A DNA stretch of 64,000 bases, taken from the NCBI GenBank assembly GCA_044225845.1, contig JBGAIC010000011.1, positions 4,054 through 68,053 on the forward strand, written 5' to 3'. The DNA is from Casimicrobiaceae bacterium (GTDB lineage Bacteria > Pseudomonadota > Gammaproteobacteria > Burkholderiales > Casimicrobiaceae). A model generated the notes under the pieces. The model did not search any database. It was not told where the DNA came from and worked only from the letters and a program-made list of their open reading frames with translations. Within the stretch, counting starts at the first letter, position 1; every line of letters starts with the position of its first letter. Shown here one piece after another: positions 48,516 to 58,344 of this stretch. Both the position numbers and the translations under genes were made by a program.

Positions 48516-48993
48516 AGCCGGGTTGCGCGGCGGTGAACTCGGGATCGGCGCGCCACACGCGGTAGCGCACTTCCGCGTCCTCGGGGACGTAGACGACGAT
48601 CGGCAGCTTGCTGTTGTAGCGGACGAAGTAGGGCTCGCCGCCGAGCGACACGAAGCGCTTCACCTTCGGTTCGTTGGGATCGACGGCCATCAGCGTGCCG
48701 GCCATGGGCCCGATCGAGGAGACGACGAAGCGGTCGAAGCCCCAGCCCTTGATCGCTTCCTTCTGGATGCGGCCGCCGAAGAAGTGGCGGTTGCGCTTGT
48801 CGACTTCCACCGTGCGGCCCACCTGCAGCTCGACCTTGAACGCGAACTCGTCGGGCTTGGCGGGCACGTTGATGACGAAGCGCTTCATCCCCGGATCGGC
48901 GGGCGGGAAGGCTTGCATGTTGTCGACGGCGTGGGCGGGCGCGACCGCGAGCGCGGCAGCGAAAAAGGCGGGAGCGAGCGTGCGTGCGAGCAT
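48514..48993 (-). CDS. eco: Ecotin family serine protease inhibitor
   Basis: Signal peptide; KVELQVG, IKGWGF, GTLMA, RYNSKLPIVVYVP..VRYRVW. Confidence 0.9.
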   Translation of the reverse strand: MLARTLAPAFFAAALAVAPAHAVDNMQAFPPADPGMKRFVINVPAKPDEFAFKVELQVGRTVEVDKRNRHFFGGRIQKEAIKGWGFDRFVVSSIGPMAGTLMAVDPNEPKVKRFVSLGGEPYFVRYNSKLPIVVYVPEDAEVRYRVWRADPEFTAAQPG

Positions 48994-49054
48994 GGTGTTC
49001 GTGTGCGGGTGAGCGTCCATCAAGGATACGCGCGTCGGGCGCGCGTCGCGTCCG

Positions 49055-49809
49055 TCAAAGGTTTACGCTCATCCCGCCCGGCATGGCGGCCCGTCACGTA
49101 GCTGGCCGCGTCCGACGCCTTGCAGCGAGCCCCGCGAACTCGCGCGGCTGGCCCCAGCGCTTCATCGGCGTGCGCATCTCCACCCATGCGACGAAGGCCG
49201 CGTCGTCCAGCAGCGCGCGATTCATCTCGGTGGCGAAGTAGCCGGGCGCGATCGCGTTGACGCGGATGTGCTTGGTCGCGAGCTCGACGGCCATCGCCTG
49301 CGTCAGCTGGCCGACGCCGCCCTTCGATGCTGTGTACGCGACGACGTTCGGTCGCGCGTGATGCGTCATCAGCGACGCGATGTTGACGATGCTGCCGTGG
49401 CCGCGCGCGCTCATCCGCGGCGCCACCGCCTGCGCGACGTTGAACGTGCCCGTGAGGTTGGTGGCGATCACCGCGTCCCAATCCCCGGGCTTGAACTCCA
49501 TGAACGGCGCGCGGCGGTTGATGCCGGCGCTGTTGACCAGGATGTCGACGCCGCCGTATTGCGCGTCGAGCGCGGCCACTGCGCGCGTGACGGCGTCGCG
49601 GTTCGCGACGTCGAACACGCTGGCCTCCGCCGCCGTCGTTTGCGAGCAAGCGACGCGCGTGGCTTCCAGCGCGTCTCGATCGCTCCGTTGACGACCAGCG
49701 TCGCGCCCGCGTCGGCGAGGCCGCGCGCGATCGCCGCGCCCAGCCCGCGCGCCGCGCCGGTGACCAGCGCCACGCGGCCGCTCAGATCGAAACTGGGGTC
49801 AGACACCAT
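49055..49809 (-). pseudogene. Gluconate 5-dehydrogenase-like SDR, multiply frameshifted (possibly sequencing errors)
   Basis: FDLSGRVALVTGAARGLG, NSAGINRR, YTASKGG, APGYFATEMN, DAASYVTG and GGMSVNL* fall in different frames. Confidence 0.75.
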
Positions 49810-49896
49810 TTCCGGATTTCCTTCGAGGATCGGTGGGCGAATTCTGCGCGGAATTGGTGTCTGACCCCATTTCCGCGGCTGACCCCAATTCCGCGG
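49794..49896. repeat. Second TGACCCC-type repeat cluster, inside coding sequence
   Basis: 21-bp IR with 1 mismatch, 49794-49814 / 49849-49869; 18-bp tandem CTGACCCCA(T/A)TTCCGCGG at 49861-49896. Confidence 0.8.
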
Positions 49897-52460
49897 CCGC
49901 GGCTTCCAGCTCCGCGACCATCCGCGCGATGCGGGTCTCGAGTTTCTCGGACGTCAGCGCCTCGCGGAAGATCTCGACCATCAGCGGGAACGCGAACGGC
50001 GTGGGCCGCGCGGGCGTCGTGAGCCGTGCGGCGCTGCCGCGCAGCCGCTTCAGCGCGGCCAGCAGGCGCGGCGCCTCGAGATGGCGCTCGAGCACCTCGC
50101 GCACGGCCTGCGCCAGCAACAGGTTTTCCGGATCGTATTCGGCGAACACGTCGTAGATGAGGCCCGACGAGGCCTGCAGCTGCCGATTGGAGCGTCCCTG
50201 TCCGGGAAAGCCCTGTTCGATCAGCCCCGCGACGCGCGCGATCTCGCGGAACTGCCGCCGCCCGAGTTCCGCCGCGTTGAGTCCCGCGAGCAGGTCGCGC
50301 TCGACATGCTCTTCCGCCATCAGCACGCCGAGGTCACCGAGCGAGAACTCGATGGGCGTCGGCGACAGCAAACCGAAGCCGTAGTCGTTCATCGTGATCG
50401 TGAACGTGCCGGGCCGCAGCTGCCCCAGCCGATAGGCGAACAGCGTGGCCAAGCCCAGGTTGGCGAGCCGCCCTTCCATCGGATAGAAGAAGAGATGGTG
50501 GCCGTCGCGCGTGGTGATGCGCTCGATCAGCCATTCGCGCATCGTCGGCAGTGCGGACCACGCGCGTTGCAGCTCGAGCAGCGGGCGCACGAGGTCCAGT
50601 TCCGGCGACGTACTCGCCGCCGGCCGCGTCGCCGATCAGCTTGCGCGTGCGCTCGGCCAGCAGCGTGGACAGCGGCATCTTGGACCCGGCCCAGCGCGTG
50701 ACCAGCCGCGACTTCTTCGACGCGGGCTTCACCCACGCGGTCATCTCGCGCATCCGGATGAGCTCGAGCGTGCGGCCCGCGAACACGAACGCATCACCCG
50801 GCCGCAGGTGCGCGACGAACGACTCCTCGACGTGCCCCAGCCGCGCGCCGTTGCGGAACTGCACGTTGACGCTCGCGTCGGAGACGATCGTGCCGATCGC
50901 GCGCCGATGCCGCTGCGCAATGCGACGGTCGTGCACGCGCGCGACGCCGTCGTCGTCGATGACCACGCGCCGGTATTCGGGATAGGCGTTGAGGCTGGCG
51001 CCGCCGTGCACGACGAAATCCAGCGCCCATTGCCACTGGAAATCCGTCAGGCCGCGAAACGCGTGCGTGTCGTGCAATTCGGCGAGCAACTCGCCCGGCA
51101 CGAAGCCGCCGCCCAGCGCGCAGGTGACGAGATGCTGGACGAGCACGTCCAGCGAGCCCTCCGTCGGCACGCGCGGCTCGATGCGCCGCTCGGCCGCCGC
51201 CTCGCGCGCGGCCGCCGCCTCGACGAGCTCCAGCGCATTCGTCGGCAGCACGGTGACCTTCGAGATCTCGCCGGGCCGGTGGCCGCTGCGGCCCGCGCGC
51301 TGCAGCAGCCGTGCGACGCCTTTGGGCGAGCCGATCTGCAGCACCTGGTCGACGGGCGCGAAGTCGACGCCCAAATCCAGGCTGGACGTGCAGACGACGG
51401 CGCGCAGCTTGCGGTCGCGGATCGCGTTCTCCACCCACTCGCGCACGTCGCGCTCCAGCGAGCCGTGATGCAGCGCGATGAGGCCGGCCCAATCGGGCCG
51501 CGCCTCCATCAGCGCCTGGTACCAGATCTCCGCGGCCGAGCGCACGTTGGTGAACACGAGCGTCGTCTTCGCGCGCTCGATCGCGTCGATCACCTGCGGC
51601 AGCAGGCGCGTGCCGATGTGGCCGGCCCAGGGAAAGCGGTCGATCGTCGCCGGGTGCGCGGTGTCGATGACGATCGTCTTGGTGTCGATGCCCTTCACGA
51701 TGGCCGCATTGCCGGCGTGCGAAGGGCCGACGAGGCATTCGGCCGCCTGCTCGAGGTTGGCGAGCGTGGCGGACAGGCCCCATGTGCGCAGCGTCGGCCG
51801 CAGCGCACGCAGGCGCGCCAGCGCCAGCTCCACCTGCACGCCGCGCTTCGACGCCATGAGCTCGTGCCACTCGTCGACGACGACGGCCTCGAGATGGGCG
51901 AAGCGCTCGCGCCAGTCGGCGCGCGACAGCAGCAGCGACAGGCTCTCCGGCGTCGTCACGAGCACCGTGGGCAGGCGCCGGTCCTGGCGCGCGCGCAACG
52001 CGGCGGGCGTGTCGCCGGTGCGCAGGCTCACGGTCCAGTACGGCTGGAGGGCGCCGGCCGCGCGCGTCAGCGCCAGCGTCGAATCGGCGGCCAGCGCGCG
52101 CAGCGGCGTGATCCACAAGAGCGTGAGCGGCGGCGGCGCATCGGGCGCACCCCGCGGGCCATAGGCGAGCGGGCCCATCGCCGCCGCGTACGTCTTGCCC
52201 ATGCCGGTGGGCGCGTGGATCAGCCCGGAGCGTCCCGCCGCATACGCCGACCACACCGCGCGCTGGAACGGGAAGGGCGCGAAGCCGAGGCCCCCGAAGT
52301 AGCGCTCGATGGCCGCCAGCGGGTCGACCGCGCGCGCATCGGGCGCGGGCCTGTCGGCCTTTGGCTCATTGGCCGCGTGTGCGCGAGCCGCCTGCGCAGC
52401 GGGGGGCGGGGGAGCAGGTGGCGGCGAACGGGGCGCGTCGCCGCGCGATTCATCGGGCAT
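49799..52460 (-). CDS. Ligase-associated DNA damage response DEXH-box (Lhr-core) helicase, one frameshift near 50610
   Basis: APTGMGKT, TTPESL, DEWH, SAT, HHGSL, SLDLGVD, QRAGRSGH. The C-terminus (QASSGLIYDVF, PTPFAFP) is in the 49799..50590 frame. Confidence 0.88.
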
Positions 52461-52584
52461 CGGCGCATTGTACGGCGGATCGAACGATCGTTCCGTACGC
52501 CCGTCGCAGGCGCACCGGGCGCCGACGCCGGCCGGGCCGCGGGCGGCAACCGCAGTCAGGCGCGGCCGGCTGCCGAACCCGCGG

Positions 52585-52755
52585 TCAGTACACGTGCGCG
52601 GCGAGGATCTCCGGCGCGACGCTCAGCATGCCCAGCAGCACGCACAACCAGAAGACCAGCACGCCGTCCAGGCTGGACGTTGCGCGCGCGTCGTCGTCGC
52701 GCGCGGCGCCGATGTGTTCCCAGTGCGTGCTTTGAAACGAGGTCGAAGTGTTCAT
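52585..52755 (-). CDS. Small hypothetical membrane protein
   Basis: GGAG RBS, 56 aa, one hydrophobic helix. Confidence 0.5.
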   Translation of the reverse strand: MNTSTSFQSTHWEHIGAARDDDARATSSLDGVLVFWLCVLLGMLSVAPEILAAHVY

Positions 52756-52922
52756 GGCCAGCTCCACGTCTTGTACGGGTCCGGTGAATGCTAGGACGCG
52801 TATGCACAGTCTCTGCGCAGGAGCCGTGGAGCTCACGCGAATTTTCCGGGGAGGCGGCGCCGAGCAATCGGCCGCCGCGGGCGTTGCGCCCGGCGCAGGG
52901 CGGGCACTTCGACCCGACCGCG

Positions 52923-53276
52923 TCAGACGTACTGCAGCAGCCAGGCGATCGCTTCGTCCTGGTCGGCGAAATGCCGCATCGGGTAGGGTACCTGGTGCTG
53001 GATGACGTGCAGCTCCGTCATCCAGCCGGTCATCGCCCAGCCGCCGACCAGCGCGACGGCGCTGGTCGTGTCCGTCACCGCGGCCTCGGTGCTCACGCCG
53101 GCGCCTTCGACGGGCATCGGGAAATGCGCGCCGAGCAGCAGCAGGATCGGGTGCCGTCCCGGCGCGATGGCCATCCGCTGCTCGTGCAGCGCGAGCAGCG
53201 ACGCCGTGTCGAGATCCGGGTCGCGGCCGAACTCGATGACGACGATACCGTCGTCGCGCAAATGGACTTGAGGCAT
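52923..53276 (-). CDS. STAS/SEC14-like hypothetical protein
   Basis: DDGIVVIEF, AVALVGG, PYPMRHFADQDEAIAWL ending typical of SpoIIAA-like proteins. Confidence 0.65.
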   Translation of the reverse strand: MPQVHLRDDGIVVIEFGRDPDLDTASLLALHEQRMAIAPGRHPILLLLGAHFPMPVEGAGVSTEAAVTDTTSAVALVGGWAMTGWMTELHVIQHQVPYPMRHFADQDEAIAWLLQYV

Positions 53277-53395
53277 GGCGGGCAAAGCGCGGAAAGCGCC
53301 CGGCCATTGTGCCGCATCCGCGATGCAAGCGGCGCGCTGCCCCGAAAGGCAGCGCGCCTGCACCGGATCAGGCTGCGCCCCGCGATCGGCGACCC

Positions 53396-56300
53396 TCAGG
53401 CCGCGACTTTTTCCGCGCGGGCGGTAGCGGGCGCCACCGCGTCCGGCGAGCGGAAGCGCTGCAACAGCGCCGCTTCCTTCTGCTTCGCCTGCTCGACGAA
53501 GCGATCCTTCACGTGGCCATAGCCGCGGATGTGCTCGGGAATGCCGGCGATTTCCACGGCGAGCGGCAGGTTGGCCGGCGTCAGCGCCGGCAGCAGCTCG
53601 TCGAGCCGCGCTTCGTAGTCGGCCAGCAGTCGGCGCTCCATCTTCCGTTCGTCGCTGCGACCGAAGACGTCGAGCGCCGTGCCGCGCAAGCCGCGCATCT
53701 TCGCCAGGATGCGGAAGCCCGTCATCATCCACGGGCCATACGTCGTCTTCTTCGCGGCGCCGGTCTTCGGGTCGACCTTGTTCGTCGTGGGCGGCGCCAG
53801 GTGGAACTTGAGCGTGAAGTCGCCTTCGAACTGCGCGTTCAGCCGGTCGAGGAAGTCCGTCTCGGTGTAGAGGCGGGCCACTTCGTACTCGTCCTTGATC
53901 GCGCGCAGCTTGAAGTCGTAGCGCGCGACGGCCTCGGCCAGCGCGGTGCTGCCGGGCACCACCGCGTTCTCGGTGGCACGCACCGCGGCCACGCGCTTCG
54001 CATAGGCGTCCGCATACGCCGCGTTCTGGTAGGCCGTCAGGTACTTGACGCGCCGCGCGATGACCTCGTCGAGCGATTCCGACAGCACGTGCGTGTCGGC
54101 CTTGGCCACCGGCGGCAGCGCGGCGTCGACGACGCGCTGGCGATCGACGACGGCCAGGCGGCCCCAGCGGAACGCTTCCTTGTTCGACTCGATGGCCGCG
54201 CCGTTGAGCTCGATGGCGCGCATGATCGCCTGCTCGCTGACGGGGATGAGCCCGCGCTGGAACGCATAGCCGACCATGAACAGGTTGGTGGCGATCGAGT
54301 CGCCCATCAGCGCGGTGGCGAGCTTGGTGGCGTCGAGGAATTCCGCGTCGTGGTCGCCCACCGCGTCGCGGATTTCCTGTTCCATCGAGCCGCGCGGGAA
54401 GGCCATGTCGGGCTTCGCCGCGAAGTCGGCCGGCATCACCAGCGCCGTGTTGACCAGCGCCTTGGTGACACCCTTCTGCATCTTGGCGAGCTGCTCGTCG
54501 CCGATGCCGGTGACGATGTCGCAGGCCAGCACCAGCTTGGCTTCACCCGCGGCGATGCGCGTGGCATGGAGGTCGCCGGGCTTGTCGCCGATGCGCACGT
54601 GCGACACGACGGAGCCGTTCTTCTGCGCGAGGCCCGTCATGTCGAGCACCGACACGCCCTTGCCTTCGAGGTGGGCGGCCATGCCGAGCAGCGCGCCGAT
54701 CGTGACGACACCCGTGCCGCCGATGCCGGTGACGACGATGCCGTAAGGCGACGCGGTGGACGGCAGCACGGGCGCGGGCATCGCCGGGAACTCGCCGGAC
54801 TTCACCTTCGCGGGCTTGCGCAGCTTGCCGCCGTGCACGGTGACGAACGACGGGCAGAACCCGTTGACGCAGGAGTAATCCTTGTTGCACGACGACTGGT
54901 CGATCTGGCGCTTGCGGCCGAACTCCGTCTCCACCGGCGTCACCGACACGCAGTTGGACTTGACGCCGCAGTCGCCGCAGCCTTCGCAGACGTGCTCGTT
55001 GATGAACACGCGCTTCTGCGGGTCTTCCATCTTGCCGCGCTTGCGGCGGCGGCGCTTCTCGGCGGCGCACGTCTGGTCGTACAGCAGGATCGTGCAGCCC
55101 TCCGTCTCGCGCAGCTCGCGCTGCACGGCGTCCAGCTCGTCGCGATGGTGGATCTCGATGTCGCTCGCGAAATAGCCGCTCGGATACTTCTCCGGGTTGT
55201 CGCTGACGACGACGACCTTCTTGACGCCTTCGGCCGCCACCTGCTTGGCGATGTCCGACGGCGACAGCGGGCCGTCGACCGGCTGGCCGCCAGTCATCGC
55301 CACCGCGTCGTTGTAGAGGATCTTGTAGGTGATGTTGACCTTGGCCGCCACCGCCGCGCGGATGGCGAGCAGGCCCGAGTGGTAGTACGTGCCGTCGCCC
55401 AGGTTGGCGAAGATGTGCTTCGTCTCGGTGAACGGGGCCTGCCCGATCCAGGGCACGCCTTCGCCGCCCATGTGCGTGAACGTGGACGTCTTGCGGTCCA
55501 TCCAGATCGTCATCACGTGGCAGCCGATGCCCGCCATCGCGCGCGAGCCTTCGGGCACGTTCGTCGACGTATTGTGCGGGCAGCCGGAGCAGAACCACGG
55601 CGTGCGGTGGATGTCGATCTTCGGATGCGCGAGCGCCGCTTCCTTCTGGTTGATCCAGTCGACGCGCGCGCGCAGCTTCTCCATCGTCCGCGGATGCAGG
55701 TCCAGCCGCTGGATGCGCTGCGCGATCACGCGCGCGATCATCGCGGGCGTCAGTTCCGACGTCGCCGGCAGCAGCCAGTCGCCGTGCGGGCGCACCCATT
55801 CGCCCTTTTCGTCGAACTTGCCGACGACGCGCGGGCGCACGTCGTCGCGCCAGTTGTAGAGCTGTTCCTTCAACTGGTACTCGACGAGCTGGCGCTTCTC
55901 CTCGACGACGAGGATTTCCTCGAGCCCTTCGGCGAACTGGCGGATGCCTTCCGGCTCCAGCGGCCAGGGCATCGCCACCTTGTAGAGGCGGATGCCCATG
56001 TCGGCGCAGTCCTTCTCCGTGATGCCCAGGTCGTCCAGCGCCTGGCGCACGTCGAGGTAGCTCTTGCCGCTGGTGATGATGCCGAGGCGCGGCGTGGGGC
56101 TGTCGATGACGATGCGGTTGAGGTGGTTCACGCGCGCGTAGTGCAGCGCCGCGTAGATCTTGTAGTCCTGCATCCGCGCTTCGGTGGCCAGGAACGCGTC
56201 GGGCCAGCGGATGGAGACGCCGTCGCGCGGCAACGGAAAGTCCGTCGGCACGACGATGTTCACGCGCGAGGGGTCGACGTACACCGACGACGAACTCTCC

Positions 56301-56965
56301 ACGGTGTCGGACACGCACTTGAAGCCCACCCAGCAGCCCGAATAGCGCGACATCGCCCAGCCATGCAGGCCGAGGTCCAGGATTTCCTGCACCGACGACG
56401 GGTACAGCACCGGGATCATCGCGGCGCTGAACTGGTGATCCGACTGGTGCGGCAACGTGGACGACTTGGCCGCGTGGTCGTCGCCGGCCAGCACCAGCAC
56501 GCCGCCGTGCTTGGACGTGCCGGCGAAGTTGGCGTGCTTGAACACGTCGCCGCAGCGGTCGACGCCCGGGCCCTTGCCGTACCACATCGAGAACACGCCA
56601 TCGACGGTGGCGCCCGGGTACAGGTTCACCTGCTGCGAGCCCCAGATGGCCGTGGCCGCGAGGTCCTCGTTGAGGCCCGGCTGGAACTTGACGTGCGCGC
56701 GCTCCAGGAACTTGGACGCGCTCCACAGCGCCTGGTCCAGGCCGCCGAGCGGCGAGCCGCGATAGCCGGACACGAAACCCGCGGTGTTGAGGCCCGCGGC
56801 GGCGTCGCGCTGGCGCTGCAGCATCAGCAGGCGCACGAGCGCCTGCGTGCCGGTCAGGTAGACGCGGCCCGATTCGAGCGCGTACTTGTCGTCGAGGGAG
56901 ACGTCGCGCAGGACCGCGGGCGCGAGGGCGGACGCAACTGAGGAGGTGGGTGCAACAGCAGCCAT
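53396..56965 (-). CDS. Indolepyruvate ferredoxin oxidoreductase family protein (fused alpha-beta)
   Basis: SGYRGSPLGG, FCSGCPHN, GDGTYYHSG, CEGCGDC..C, TGIGGTGV, KDEYEVARL. Confidence 0.95.
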   Translation of the reverse strand: MAAVAPTSSVASALAPAVLRDVSLDDKYALESGRVYLTGTQALVRLLMLQRQRDAAAGLNTAGFVSGYRGSPLGGLDQALWSASKFLERAHVKFQPGLNEDLAATAIWGSQQVNLYPGATVDGVFSMWYGKGPGVDRCGDVFKHANFAGTSKHGGVLVLAGDDHAAKSSTLPHQSDHQFSAAMIPVLYPSSVQEILDLGLHGWAMSRYSGCWVGFKCVSDTVESSSSVYVDPSRVNIVVPTDFPLPRDGVSIRWPDAFLATEARMQDYKIYAALHYARVNHLNRIVIDSPTPRLGIITSGKSYLDVRQALDDLGITEKDCADMGIRLYKVAMPWPLEPEGIRQFAEGLEEILVVEEKRQLVEYQLKEQLYNWRDDVRPRVVGKFDEKGEWVRPHGDWLLPATSELTPAMIARVIAQRIQRLDLHPRTMEKLRARVDWINQKEAALAHPKIDIHRTPWFCSGCPHNTSTNVPEGSRAMAGIGCHVMTIWMDRKTSTFTHMGGEGVPWIGQAPFTETKHIFANLGDGTYYHSGLLAIRAAVAAKVNITYKILYNDAVAMTGGQPVDGPLSPSDIAKQVAAEGVKKVVVVSDNPEKYPSGYFASDIEIHHRDELDAVQRELRETEGCTILLYDQTCAAEKRRRRKRGKMEDPQKRVFINEHVCEGCGDCGVKSNCVSVTPVETEFGRKRQIDQSSCNKDYSCVNGFCPSFVTVHGGKLRKPAKVKSGEFPAMPAPVLPSTASPYGIVVTGIGGTGVVTIGALLGMAAHLEGKGVSVLDMTGLAQKNGSVVSHVRIGDKPGDLHATRIAAGEAKLVLACDIVTGIGDEQLAKMQKGVTKALVNTALVMPADFAAKPDMAFPRGSMEQEIRDAVGDHDAEFLDATKLATALMGDSIATNLFMVGYAFQRGLIPVSEQAIMRAIELNGAAIESNKEAFRWGRLAVVDRQRVVDAALPPVAKADTHVLSESLDEVIARRVKYLTAYQNAAYADAYAKRVAAVRATENAVVPGSTALAEAVARYDFKLRAIKDEYEVARLYTETDFLDRLNAQFEGDFTLKFHLAPPTTNKVDPKTGAAKKTTYGPWMMTGFRILAKMRGLRGTALDVFGRSDERKMERRLLADYEARLDELLPALTPANLPLAVEIAGIPEHIRGYGHVKDRFVEQAKQKEAALLQRFRSPDAVAPATARAEKVAA

Positions 56966-57249
56966 GGATGGAACTCCAGGTAACTTGTGGTTATCTCGTG
57001 CCGCGAAGCCTTAGGGTAAGTCTTCGCATCGGGCGCTCGCAACCGCGGCTTGTGGCTGCGGTGGAGATCGGCGCGCATGATACGCCTGGATGGGGGCCGG
57101 GTCCAATGGTTTCAACGGCTTGGGCTGTGGTTTCTCGACGGGTGCTCAAGGCCGGGCGCCGCGCACGAAAAGTGAACGCACGGCGAACAACCGCGAGACG
57201 AAAAATCGCGTTACAGTCGGGGCGTCTGTCGACCACACGGAGGATTGCC

Positions 57250-57438
57250 ATGACCGATGCCGAACTCAGCACCGACGACCGTGAATGGCTCCAGATGATC
57301 GCGCAGCGTGCGGTGGGCCCCGTGCCCATCGACGATGCGCTGATGGTCAAGTTCGTGCGCCTGGGGCTGGTGGCCGACAGCGGCAACCATCCCTTCCTCA
57401 CGGAGCAGGGCCGCGCGCAACTGCCGCGCACGCACTGA
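57250..57438 (+). CDS. Small hypothetical protein (possible winged helix)
   Basis: GGAGG RBS, 62 aa, RLGLV...LTEQGR. Confidence 0.6.
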   Translation: MTDAELSTDDREWLQMIAQRAVGPVPIDDALMVKFVRLGLVADSGNHPFLTEQGRAQLPRTH

Positions 57439-57495
57439 GCCGCGCGCGGCGGCGCGCCGGGCGCGCGGCGCGATTGCGATACCGCGACGCTCGTG

Positions 57496-58224
57496 CTACT
57501 TCATCGGCGGCGGCGCGGGATCCAGCGCCTTGCATTCCGTGCCCGGCAGCACCTTGACGAAGCGCTCGACGATCAGCGTGGGACGCGCCGGGCCTTCCAT
57601 GTTCACGCGCATCTCGACGTGGCCGTCCACGGCCACCAGCACGGATGCCTTCGGTGCGCTGGCGGCCTTGAGATAGGCCGCTTCCAGCGCTGCGTTGTCG
57701 CCCTCGTGCGCGACGACCAGCCGCTCGCCGGACAGGCAGTCCTCGAACATCCCGGTGTCGGCGAAATGGACGAAGGCGCCGCGCAGGCGGCGGCTCGGCG
57801 GCGCGGCGGCAGCCGTGGGCGGCGGCGGCGCGGCGCTGCGCACGCGCACGAGCATCAACTGCAGCGGCGTGCTTGCCGGGGGCACGGGAACCGGGTAGAC
57901 GGTATCCGTCGTGAACAGCAGCGCGTCGCCGTCGAGTATCCGCGCGCGGACGGCGTAGCGGCCCGTGGGGGCCAGCGCGGCGGGGTCGTAGTCGATTGCG
58001 AACGCGATGGGCACGCTCAGCGGGCCCGCGACGGTGGCGCGGCCCAGCACGCGCGACGGCGCATCGGCGCGCGATACGTCCTCGAGCGTCGCCTCGAAGC
58101 GCGCAGCCGGCGGCAGCGCCATCCGCTCGCGATTCGTGGCGGAGCCGGTGAGCGTCGCGGCGGGCGCCGCCGACGCGAGCACCGTGGATGACAACAGGAC
58201 GACGCAGGCGAGACGCAGGAACAT
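57496..58224 (-). CDS. YbaY-family protein with NlpE-like C-terminal OB domain
   Basis: RERMALPP..EATLEDVSRADAP, YAVRARI, LLFTTD; C-terminal FADTGMFEDC. Confidence 0.8.
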   Translation of the reverse strand: MFLRLACVVLLSSTVLASAAPAATLTGSATNRERMALPPAARFEATLEDVSRADAPSRVLGRATVAGPLSVPIAFAIDYDPAALAPTGRYAVRARILDGDALLFTTDTVYPVPVPPASTPLQLMLVRVRSAAPPPPTAAAAPPSRRLRGAFVHFADTGMFEDCLSGERLVVAHEGDNAALEAAYLKAASAPKASVLVAVDGHVEMRVNMEGPARPTLIVERFVKVLPGTECKALDPAPPPMK

Positions 58225-58344
58225 GCAACTGCCCCGGAGGGTTCGAGACGGGCATGATGCCATCGGCGCCGCGCTCGCCGGGCGCCAATGCCTCACAGCC
58301 GGCGCCGATGCGCGCGGTGCACCGCACTGCGCGGCAGTGCGCGG

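Noticed and set aside
53309-56941. 1210-aa plus-strand ORF and similar long ORFs (50511..52787, 59167..61710, 11530..13377, 3620..5269)
   Set aside because: Antisense shadows of well-supported genes, expected at high GC; Arg/Ala-rich with no motifs.
56966-57249. Possible riboswitch or sRNA upstream of the Ior gene
   Set aside because: Only a divergent promoter-like spacer; no recognisable aptamer or strong stem.
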